Shown: piece after piece, positions 45,905-54,225 of the stretch
Position numbering within the stretch: position 1 is the stretch's first letter
Layout: each line of letters starts with the position of its first letter
Assembly (NCBI GenBank): GCA_016868785.1
Contig: VGFS01000003.1
Location: 9,716 to 73,715, forward strand
From: Bacteroidota bacterium
GTDB lineage: Bacteria > Bacteroidota > Bacteroidia > NS11-12g > UBA955
Direction of reading: 5' to 3'
Length of the DNA: 64,000 bases
Program-made: the position numbers and the translations under genes
Notes under the pieces: model-generated
Databases searched by the model: none
Told to the model about the DNA's origin: nothing
What the model saw: the letters and a program-made list of their open reading frames with translations, nothing else

Positions 45905-48900
45905 ATGGTTAAACATTGCCGAGTTTTATTGATTGTATTGCTTTTAACGGGTGGGGTTTTTGCCCAAGCCCCAAGCGCAAACAGCAGCCATCGGCCCGCT
46001 CTGCGCGCGGTGCCAATGGACATGCCAAAAGTGGATACCACCATTCGGTGGGTGCAGTTGTTGCAATCGCCCAATCCCAATTATTACGGGGTAAAAAGAG
46101 CGTTTGAAGCCCATTTTGGGGGCGTGGTGCCTTCGAAAGGACAAGGATACAAAGTATTTAAACGCTGGGAAGCCCGGGTGATTAATCACCTAGACGCGAA
46201 GGGAAATGTGGTTTGGCCCGATGGTATCTTGGCAGATTTGTCGGGAAGTAATCCCACCACGGGTAGCGGCGCTGGAACGGGTACTGGCTCTGGCAGTTCC
46301 GGAAGCGGGACATCGGGCAGCGGTACTTCCGGAAGTAGCAGCGGGTCTGGCAGCAGTGGAACGGGTACTGGATCATCGCCCAGTGGCGGAGCTACTATAG
46401 GCGGTTTAAATGCAGGAAATCCCGTGCCGCCCGCCACCTGGTGCGCAACTTCGGGCAGATGGACCCCCATTGGACCGATCAAACACCCCTACAACCAAAC
46501 CTCGCAGCCCACAGGCACTGGGAGAATCAATGGCATTGCTTTTCACCCAACCGATTCCAATACCCTGTTTGCCCTCGCCCCGCAAGGCGGCGTGTGGAAG
46601 TCTAAAGACTACGGCAAATCATGGTTCCAACTTTGGGGCGCAGGCAGCGGACTTTCGGTGGGTTCAACAGCCCCCGCCAACCCTGCCCTTACTTTGGGGG
46701 TGAGCAGCATGGTGCTGTCGCACAAAAATCCGGATACGCTTTACATCGGAACTGGTGATCGCGACGCAGGAGATGCCCCTGGCTACGGTGTGCTGATGTC
46801 GACCAACGGTGGAAACACTTTCGTGGTGAGAAATTCGGGAATGGGCAACCTTACCGTTGGCAAACTCATCATGCACCCAAAAAACACCGGGATCTTGCTA
46901 GCCGCAACCAATGGAGGCGTTTACCGAACTACCAATTCCGGTGGCACATGGACTCGCGTTACAGCATCTGCCAACTTCGTGGATATCGTGTATCATCCCG
47001 GAAATCCCAACTATGTCTACGCCACGGCAAACGGACTGTTTTATCGAAGTACGGATGGCGGTGTTAGTTTCGCCCAAATAACCAATGGTGTTCCTGCCAG
47101 CGGCATGCAACGCGGTCAGATTGCCGTAACGCCCGCCGATCGAAGTCGCGTATATTTTCTCATCGCATCGGGATCGCGCTTTCAAGGTTTTTATTTGTCA
47201 ACCGACAGCGGTACAACGTTTGTTAATCGCAACAGCACTCCAGCCAACATATTGGGATACAGCGAATTGGGGAACGATGGATCAGGTCAAGGTTGGTATG
47301 ATTTGGATTTGGCGGCGGATCCGAAAAATGCCCAAGTTGTATATGCCTTTGGTATAAATGTTTGGAAATCCACAAACGGCGGTGCCACGTTTAAGGTGAG
47401 CGGCCATTGGGTGGGTAGCGGAGGCGCGGATGATATTCACGCCGATCAACACATTGGGGAGTTCAATATTACGGGCAATACCTTGTTTGCGGGGAACGAT
47501 GGTGGCATTTATTACACAGGCGACGGTGGTAAGCTTTGGAACAATATCACCAAAGGCATCAACAATTCGCAGATTTATCGCCTGGCAGTGGCGCAAACCT
47601 CCGATGATTTGGGGACCCACGGCTACCAAGACAATGGGTCCATGATTCACGACGATGGGGAAGTATTTACCTATTTCGGGGGCGATGGGATGGATTGTGC
47701 GGTTGACCCCACCGATGAACGATACGTGTATGGTTCATACGTGTTCGGTTACATTTATCGGGCGATAGACAAGAACTACATCATTACTTTGGCGGCCAAC
47801 GGAACCAACGGAATTACAGAGGGTGGCGGTTGGCTTACCCCATTTGTTTTACAGGAAGGAAACCCCAATCGCATGTTTGCTGGATACAACAACGTTTGGC
47901 GATGCGATAGTGTAAAGTCGGCCGGTGTCATCAAATGGACCAAAATCTCTACGGGTTGGACGGGTTCGATTAGACAGATAAAAAGCAGCAAATCCAACCC
48001 AAGGCATTTGTATGTAATCCGCGGAGATGGGAAACTCATGTTCACCCGAAATGCCGAAGTAGCATCACCAGTTTGGGTGGATGTAACGCCTGCGGCGGCG
48101 TTGTTTACTATCCGCACGATGGAGCCAGACCCACTCGATAGTGCCAAGATTTACGGAGCAAGCGCCTCTAATTTGTATACCAGCACCAACAACGGAACTA
48201 CTTGGAATACAACGGTATTGGCGAGTTTGAATAAATCGGCATACCCTGGGTTTAACTGGGGCGTCATCAATGTGCTGAAAGCTGATCATACTGCATCACC
48301 TGCGGGTATTTACATCGGAACAGATCGCGCGGTGTATTACATGAATCAGGTATCGGGTAGCACATACGGACTGAACGAGTTCTCAAATTTGTTGCCGCTG
48401 TGGATGGATGTTTCGGACCTCGACATCTATCACTCCCCATTGGGTCGGGACTACAGCTATATATACGCGAGCACTTATGGAAGGGGCGTTTGGAAAAGTC
48501 CATTGTTCGACGATGGTTCGGGTACTTATAAAGCAAAAATACAATCGTATGATTCGGTATTTACGGTGGGCGGTGTGATGCGTTTGCAGGAAAAGGTGCC
48601 TGCTTCTTTGTATGGGATTCGTTCGTTGACTTGGACAATCAAACCCAGCACTTTTACTTGGGTTAGTGGTGATTCGAACAGTTTGCAGCCTGAGGTGAAA
48701 TTCAATCAGCCGGGAATTTATGCCATCTCATTATCGGCCAAAAGTTGTACGGCAAATGCTTCGGAAACCAAAAGTTTATGGGTTCGAGTGTTTTCTGCGG
48801 AGGCTGCGGCCACGTGTAGTTCCAAAACCAAGTTTCAGACATCGAATTTTGGTATCGGGGTGTTTGATGTGAAACTCACCGACAATCATTTTGAATCGGG

Positions 48901-51397
48901 AACTTACTTCGACGACGGGGAGCAGGTAGATATGACTGCACAAAAAGTATTCAGGGTAAAGCCCAATACGGATTACACGGTGCAGGTGAAAGTGGGGCTA
49001 TACAATAATGAAAATGTGCGCGTTTTCATGGACTATAACAATGATGGCAAGTTTCAATTGTATCGGGGTGAGGTTACGGCTCAGTTTTCGGCTAAGCCAA
49101 CGGAATACGCCCAAGTGAAATTCAAAACACCCGCGAAAATGCTGATGAATCAGGCGTTGAGAATGCGGGTAATTAGCGATTATAACAACATCGATACAAC
49201 GGGTTGTGGAACCTGTAATTACGGGCAGGCTGAAGATTTTTCTTTGGTGTTTGAAAAGACAACCGTGGCATTTGGCGTAGATCGGAAGAAGATTTGTGCT
49301 GGAGAATCGGTAGTTTATACTGATTCATCTGAGGGTTTGATTGGTTTGTATGAGTGGGATTTTGGGGCTGGTGCGGTGCCTGCGAAAGCGGTTGGACAGG
49401 GCCCGTGGACAGTAAAATATACCACCGGTGGATTCAAAAATGTGAAGTTGCGTCTCAATGGTGGGGAAGACAGTTTGGTGAAATTCTCATTCATCGAAGT
49501 GATCAAAATGCCTTCGGCTTTGGCGGTGGTTAAATCAGGTAGCATCCCACAATGTGAGGGTCAGTTGCTTCAGTTAGTGGCTAGAGATGTAAATGCCGTG
49601 CCTGTGAATTACCAATGGTATAAGAGTGGATTGCCAACGGTGGCGCTGAACAAAGACAGCCTGTTGTCATTCAATCCCGCATATCTCAATGATACGGGGA
49701 ATTACTGGGCGGTGTTGAACAACAGGGGCTGTGTGGATACCACCAATATATTGTCGGTGAAACTGTGGGCCAAACCGATAGCGGTGATTGGGTACGATCC
49801 CAATTATTCCCCTTGTTTGAGAGGCAATGGGTTTGCGTTTCAGGATCTCTCAACCGTTTATCAGGGAGCAGTAGGCAATAGGAATTGGTCTGCTACCAAT
49901 CCAGCGAAAACGGGGACCGCCGCTGCGTTTGTGCAAAAGTTCAACACGGCAGGGAAGTTCGATGTTCGGTTGATCGTGGCTTCAACCGATGGTTGTTTGG
50001 ATACGGCTCAGGTACAAGTAACGGTGAAGGGTCACCCTGTAGCGAAATTTGCTTTGGACAAGGCTCAACAGTGCGATAAAAACAACCTCTTTCAAGTAGT
50101 AAATAGCAGTATAAATCCCAGCGCTTCTGGCGGTGGTAGTCTTTGGTACAACTACCAGTGGGGTGATGGAAACGGCGGTTGGGATGTGATTGATGCCAAA
50201 CATTCTTATGCCAAGTTTGGGAAGTATGATGTGCAAATGGTGGCAAAAAATGTCGCTGGATGTTTCGATACAGCTTACCAAACGGCAACAGTTTATTTAA
50301 CGCCCAAATCACAAATTTCATCGGTTGTTTCTGAAGTTTGTGAGGGACAGGCCTTTACCATCAATGATGCCTATTTGGTTCATTTGGATCCCAATGATGT
50401 GATGCTCACGGCATGGAATTTCGGGGATGGTCGATCTTTGAATCGGGGTTTGGCAACAAAATCAGGTCGGAGAGATACGCTGTGGTCGTATCCTAAGTTT
50501 GGCAGCTACAACATCAAACAAGTGTTGAAATCAAAAGTGTTGGGTTGTGCCGACTCATCCACCATCAAAGTGGATGTGAACTCGAATCCTGTGGCCAAGA
50601 TTGCACCTTCATCAACGGTGGCGTGTGCTGAAATGAAGTCTGTGGATTTTGTCAATCAGTCTACCAATGCAGATGGGAAATTGATGGGGTATGATTGGCA
50701 ATTTGGCGATGGCATTGGGGTTTCTACTGTGGCTTCGCCCAGCTATTTATATACCATGCCGGGAAAATATGTGTCTCGGTGTATCGTTGACAACCGAGGG
50801 TGTAAGGATACCGCGTATTCATCAACCATTACGGTATTTCCAAAGGTCAAGGCAGATTTTACTTACAGCGAATTCAAGTTGCAGCAGCGGTTAGGTTGGC
50901 GATTTGTGGCTTTGGACACTACGAATGTTCCGATGGATCGCGATTTTCAGTGGAAGTTTGAATATCCAGATGCAACTGTTCAAGGTGGACAGGGTCGCGT
51001 TTGGCAGCAGTATTTTACCGATAATGGTTCTTACAAGGTGAAGTTGATTGCCTCGAATGCTGTGGGTTGTCGCGACTCCAGTGTAAAGGTCATAGATGTT
51101 TCAGAGGCCGTATTGCGAACACAGCGAAATGCATTGAATGCTTGCGTTTTCCCAAATCCAACCACTGACAAAGCGATTTACAAATTTTCAGCGCACAAGG
51201 GAGACGTGGTGACCGTGAAAATGTATACGATACTGGGACAGTCGGGGTTGTATGAACGCACTTGGAACATCCCAGAAGATGGGGTGTATTTTGATGAAAT
51301 TGCCTTGAAGCACTGGAATTTGTCGGCCGGTATGTATCCGTTGTTGATACAGCGGGGCGATCAGCGGGTAGAGGTGATGATGATTTTGATGGAGTGA
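45905..51397 (+). CDS. Giant (1830 aa) secreted surface protein: Asp-box/BNR (sortilin-like) propeller, GEVED-like module, PKD repeats, T9SS CTD
   Basis: Signal peptide. Asp-box-like motifs STNGGNTF, TTNSGGTWT, STDGGVSF, STDSGTTF, STNGGATF, TGDGGKLW, STNNGTTW. GEVED-like NYGQAEDFSLVF. PKD-type WDFGAGA, WGDGNGG, WNFGDGR, WQFGDGI. CTD CVFPNPTTDKAIYKF...GMYPLLIQRGDQRVEVMMILME. Confidence 0.9.
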   Translation: MVKHCRVLLIVLLLTGGVFAQAPSANSSHRPALRAVPMDMPKVDTTIRWVQLLQSPNPNYYGVKRAFEAHFGGVVPSKGQGYKVFKRWEARVINHLDAKGNVVWPDGILADLSGSNPTTGSGAGTGTGSGSSGSGTSGSGTSGSSSGSGSSGTGTGSSPSGGATIGGLNAGNPVPPATWCATSGRWTPIGPIKHPYNQTSQPTGTGRINGIAFHPTDSNTLFALAPQGGVWKSKDYGKSWFQLWGAGSGLSVGSTAPANPALTLGVSSMVLSHKNPDTLYIGTGDRDAGDAPGYGVLMSTNGGNTFVVRNSGMGNLTVGKLIMHPKNTGILLAATNGGVYRTTNSGGTWTRVTASANFVDIVYHPGNPNYVYATANGLFYRSTDGGVSFAQITNGVPASGMQRGQIAVTPADRSRVYFLIASGSRFQGFYLSTDSGTTFVNRNSTPANILGYSELGNDGSGQGWYDLDLAADPKNAQVVYAFGINVWKSTNGGATFKVSGHWVGSGGADDIHADQHIGEFNITGNTLFAGNDGGIYYTGDGGKLWNNITKGINNSQIYRLAVAQTSDDLGTHGYQDNGSMIHDDGEVFTYFGGDGMDCAVDPTDERYVYGSYVFGYIYRAIDKNYIITLAANGTNGITEGGGWLTPFVLQEGNPNRMFAGYNNVWRCDSVKSAGVIKWTKISTGWTGSIRQIKSSKSNPRHLYVIRGDGKLMFTRNAEVASPVWVDVTPAAALFTIRTMEPDPLDSAKIYGASASNLYTSTNNGTTWNTTVLASLNKSAYPGFNWGVINVLKADHTASPAGIYIGTDRAVYYMNQVSGSTYGLNEFSNLLPLWMDVSDLDIYHSPLGRDYSYIYASTYGRGVWKSPLFDDGSGTYKAKIQSYDSVFTVGGVMRLQEKVPASLYGIRSLTWTIKPSTFTWVSGDSNSLQPEVKFNQPGIYAISLSAKSCTANASETKSLWVRVFSAEAAATCSSKTKFQTSNFGIGVFDVKLTDNHFESGTYFDDGEQVDMTAQKVFRVKPNTDYTVQVKVGLYNNENVRVFMDYNNDGKFQLYRGEVTAQFSAKPTEYAQVKFKTPAKMLMNQALRMRVISDYNNIDTTGCGTCNYGQAEDFSLVFEKTTVAFGVDRKKICAGESVVYTDSSEGLIGLYEWDFGAGAVPAKAVGQGPWTVKYTTGGFKNVKLRLNGGEDSLVKFSFIEVIKMPSALAVVKSGSIPQCEGQLLQLVARDVNAVPVNYQWYKSGLPTVALNKDSLLSFNPAYLNDTGNYWAVLNNRGCVDTTNILSVKLWAKPIAVIGYDPNYSPCLRGNGFAFQDLSTVYQGAVGNRNWSATNPAKTGTAAAFVQKFNTAGKFDVRLIVASTDGCLDTAQVQVTVKGHPVAKFALDKAQQCDKNNLFQVVNSSINPSASGGGSLWYNYQWGDGNGGWDVIDAKHSYAKFGKYDVQMVAKNVAGCFDTAYQTATVYLTPKSQISSVVSEVCEGQAFTINDAYLVHLDPNDVMLTAWNFGDGRSLNRGLATKSGRRDTLWSYPKFGSYNIKQVLKSKVLGCADSSTIKVDVNSNPVAKIAPSSTVACAEMKSVDFVNQSTNADGKLMGYDWQFGDGIGVSTVASPSYLYTMPGKYVSRCIVDNRGCKDTAYSSTITVFPKVKADFTYSEFKLQQRLGWRFVALDTTNVPMDRDFQWKFEYPDATVQGGQGRVWQQYFTDNGSYKVKLIASNAVGCRDSSVKVIDVSEAVLRTQRNALNACVFPNPTTDKAIYKFSAHKGDVVTVKMYTILGQSGLYERTWNIPEDGVYFDEIALKHWNLSAGMYPLLIQRGDQRVEVMMILME
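46241..46390 (+). repeat. Low-complexity Gly/Ser/Thr linker-coding repeat inside the giant gene
   Basis: Encodes SGSNPTTGSGAGTGTGSGSSGSGTSGSGTSGSSSGSGSSGTGTGSSPSGG. At the DNA level GGAACGGGTACTGG and GGTACTTCCGGAAG recur. Confidence 0.85.
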
Positions 51398-52317
51398 TTT
51401 TGCCACCGGACAAAATAAGTGCCAGCGGGTAGGTCCAATGCCACCGCCGATTGGGGTTGAATGCTTTGGTGCTGAATGCGTTGTGCACTTGCATTGAAAA
51501 TGTCGCACTCTATGGTTTGGTAGGCGTTTGATACCAAGCATTGTTGCTGTGGTTCAAATCCCAATTCGGGCCTGAATACATGGGCATGAAGTCCTGCGGA
51601 TGGCAGTTGGTTGATAACACCGATAGCGTCCAGGTCGAATCCACTGCTGGCAAAAAGGGTGGGCCAAGGGTCGTTGATCATGCGACCGTCGCTGTCTTTG
51701 GTGCCAAGGGTTGAATCTAAACTCCCAATCACATCGATGATTCGCACGTATTTGATTTCGTTGATGCGGATGTTGCTCATCATGGCCAGGTCTTCGAGGT
51801 CGAAGGGTGTTCCGAAGGGGTGTCGGTATTTTCCGGCGAGGTTGTGAATTTGGGTGGGGTGGGTGAAACCGAATGCACCGGTTTGTTTTTGTGTTTGAGT
51901 GAGGCTTTTGGCGGGGAAGCGTGCCCATGAAAGACTGTCTGTACTTACTTCAACGAAGGCCAATTCTAAAAAGGTGTCGAGGAAGGTGTTTTCGAAAACG
52001 GCAAAGTCAAATCCAACACCATTGGTGATGGGCGGGTCGAAGGTGAGTGTGGCGATGCCACCATCACCGAGAGAGACAACGCCATTGGTTGCGGCCGGGC
52101 CTTCGGCCGCGGCCGCCGTGCCCACGGTTGCAAATCCAGAATCGGGGAGATTGATTTGCCTCAGCCCCCGCTGAATACTGCACCGCTTCGCCCAGTTGAT
52201 GAAGCAGGAACTGTCGGCCCGATGGGCCGTAGAGCCCGGCTGCCCCGCAGCCGGCGCGTATTGGGCGCTCGCCTGGCCATGATAAGATCCGGCAACCAGC
52301 AACAAGGTCGTAGACAT
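51361..52317 (-). CDS. Secreted protein of a conserved uncharacterised family (GFDFAVFEN...LELAFVEVS motif) with a T9SS-like CTD
   Basis: Start re-derived at ATG 52317 (MSTTLLLVAGSYHGQASAQ signal). Motifs VVSLGDGGIATLTF, GFDFAVFENTF, LELAFVEVSTDS and GFDLDAIGVI. C-terminal ...LDLPAGTYFVRWQNHSIKIIITSTR. The 3' end overlaps the giant gene by 37 nt. Confidence 0.75.
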   Translation of the reverse strand: MSTTLLLVAGSYHGQASAQYAPAAGQPGSTAHRADSSCFINWAKRCSIQRGLRQINLPDSGFATVGTAAAAEGPAATNGVVSLGDGGIATLTFDPPITNGVGFDFAVFENTFLDTFLELAFVEVSTDSLSWARFPAKSLTQTQKQTGAFGFTHPTQIHNLAGKYRHPFGTPFDLEDLAMMSNIRINEIKYVRIIDVIGSLDSTLGTKDSDGRMINDPWPTLFASSGFDLDAIGVINQLPSAGLHAHVFRPELGFEPQQQCLVSNAYQTIECDIFNASAQRIQHQSIQPQSAVALDLPAGTYFVRWQNHSIKIIITSTR

Positions 52318-52396
52318 CGTGAAAAATGTCTTGCCTGCACACCAACAGCGGTCGGCGATGGCGGAGAATGCCGATTTGTATTGTTGTAAGGTCAAT

Positions 52397-54085
52397 TTAT
52401 GCGCCCAATTTGGCTTCAATACCTAAAATGATTTCGTCGCAAGCCGCGTGGTTTTTGGCCAGCAATGCCCGTGCTTCAGAAACAATGTTCTCCGCCCAGG
52501 GTTTGTCGGATAACCCCTGTGCATTGATCAATACATTCAGCCAAGCGCCTCTCACCGCTGTTTTGATACAAAGGGCTCCCACACCCACATCCGATAGTGA
52601 GTTGGGGTTGCCGTGTTCGGCCATTTGCTTCAGCAGTGGCAGACACTCGAAGGCCGTTTGCATGGTGCGGAATGGCACTTCAGTCGCATACTTTGAAGCA
52701 TCCTGAATGGCTTGCTTTCTGATGGATACTTGATCGGGTGTGTCTTTGGGTAGGCCGAAGGCCGTCATGATCGCGTCAAACGCCCGGGTATCTTCATCTA
52801 CCATTGCTACCAAACGATCTTTCAGGGTTTGTCCTTGTTCTGCCCAGGGGGAGAATTCACCCACACGGTCTTCCCAGCCTTTTTTGATGGCGCTCAAGTT
52901 GGCCACCATGGTGCCCAACGCAGCGCCCAATGCGCCCGTCAGTGCGGAAATACTTCCGCCGCCGGGCGCCGCACTATCACTCGCGGTTTCGTTCACGAAA
53001 CCGCGAACAGTCATAGTAACCAACCGCGATTGCTTGTCGTCCCGCAACAAATATTCGATGATCTTCTTGCTAGGGTCGAACGGACCCAATTCATTCAATC
53101 CCATACTGCGGATGGCACAATCTACCAACTCCGACTCACTTACCCCGGCACTCATGCCCTGTTTTTCCAAAAAGTACTTTCCGGCATCTAACAAGGGTTT
53201 CAGGGGAATTAAACCCACTAACTCAGAGCCGGTAACCCGAACGCCTCTTTCATCGGCCGCTTTGCGGGTTTCTTCAAACGCAACATGCAATGGCGTGATT
53301 TTGTAGTTGGTGAGATTCATTGAAATCTGCGCCATGTTGTATTCTTCAATGCACCAACCAATGGCCTTGACCGATTTTAATTTGCCAGGAATGCGGATGG
53401 CTTCGCCGTTTTCATCGGTGGCAATTTTCCCTGAATAGGGGTTCCCTTCGCGTTTCACCCTGCCGGCTTCGCGTACATCAAAAGCGATGCGGTTGGCAAT
53501 GCGGGTGCTCTTGGTATTTAAGTTTACGTTGTATGCAATTAAGAAGTCTCGGGCACCAATGACCGTGGCTCCTGCCGTGGCATTCATCTCGGGCTTTCCA
53601 TAGTCGGGAGCCCATTCTGGTTGCTTGATTTTTTCAAAGAACCCTTCGTACTCACCGCCCCGAATCACACTCAAATTGGTGCGGGACGGATTCGATTGAG
53701 CGGCCTCGTACAAATACGTGGGGATATGCAATTCTTCGGCTACACGTTTGGCCAATTTTTTCGCGTATTCCGCGGTCTCCTCCATGGTGATACCTGAAAT
53801 GGGGATGAGCGGACAAACATCGGTTGCCCCCATGCGTGGGTGCTCCCCAGTGTGATTACGCATGTCGATTACCTCCGCCGCTTTGGCAATGGCCCTGAAT
53901 GCTGCTTCAATGACATCGTCGGGCGACCCCACAAAAGTAACCACCGTTCTGTTGGTGGCTTTTCCAGGGTCTACATCCAACAATCGAATGCCCTCAACAG
54001 TTTCAATGGCATCGGTTATCGTCTTGATGGTTTGTAAGTTCCGTCCTTCACTAAAATTGGGTACACATTCTATGATCGGTTGCAT
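52397..54085 (-). CDS. ftcD: Bifunctional glutamate formimidoyltransferase / formimidoyl-THF cyclodeaminase (FTCD)
   Basis: N-terminus MQPIIECVPNFSEGRN typical of formiminotransferase, plus a ~200-aa helical cyclodeaminase C-domain (SAAPGGGSISALTGALGAALG). Confidence 0.9.
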   Translation of the reverse strand: MQPIIECVPNFSEGRNLQTIKTITDAIETVEGIRLLDVDPGKATNRTVVTFVGSPDDVIEAAFRAIAKAAEVIDMRNHTGEHPRMGATDVCPLIPISGITMEETAEYAKKLAKRVAEELHIPTYLYEAAQSNPSRTNLSVIRGGEYEGFFEKIKQPEWAPDYGKPEMNATAGATVIGARDFLIAYNVNLNTKSTRIANRIAFDVREAGRVKREGNPYSGKIATDENGEAIRIPGKLKSVKAIGWCIEEYNMAQISMNLTNYKITPLHVAFEETRKAADERGVRVTGSELVGLIPLKPLLDAGKYFLEKQGMSAGVSESELVDCAIRSMGLNELGPFDPSKKIIEYLLRDDKQSRLVTMTVRGFVNETASDSAAPGGGSISALTGALGAALGTMVANLSAIKKGWEDRVGEFSPWAEQGQTLKDRLVAMVDEDTRAFDAIMTAFGLPKDTPDQVSIRKQAIQDASKYATEVPFRTMQTAFECLPLLKQMAEHGNPNSLSDVGVGALCIKTAVRGAWLNVLINAQGLSDKPWAENIVSEARALLAKNHAACDEIILGIEAKLGA

Positions 54086-54089
54086 ACCG

Positions 54090-54097
54090 CAAATTTA
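54090..54097 (-). promoter_or_regulatory. -7 box TAAATTTG, 4 nt upstream of ATG 54085 (ftcD)
   Basis: Exact TAnnTTTG match on the minus strand. Confidence 0.5.
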
Positions 54098-54128
54098 TTT
54101 CATCGGTAGCGAAGTTGTACGTTTATTC

Positions 54129-54145
54129 TTGGCGATTTCCGCCAA
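54129..54145. promoter_or_regulatory. 17-bp palindrome TTGGCGATTTCCGCCAA, candidate operator between ftcD and glmM
   Basis: Perfect 6-bp arms with a 5-nt centre, 31 nt upstream of the ftcD -7 box. It is the twin of 43123-43139. Confidence 0.45.
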
Positions 54146-54207
54146 ATGGTATTCCATGTTTGTAAAGAATACAACGAAATCCACCACCATTATCGGGTGA
54201 AATGCTG

Positions 54208-54215
54208 TATTTTTG
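54208..54215 (+). promoter_or_regulatory. -7 box TATTTTTG, 10 nt upstream of ATG 54226
   Basis: Exact TAnnTTTG match. It lies inside the ORF-track N-terminal extension (54202), which argues for the ATG 54226 start. Confidence 0.5.
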
Positions 54216-54225
54216 CCGTTCTTTT

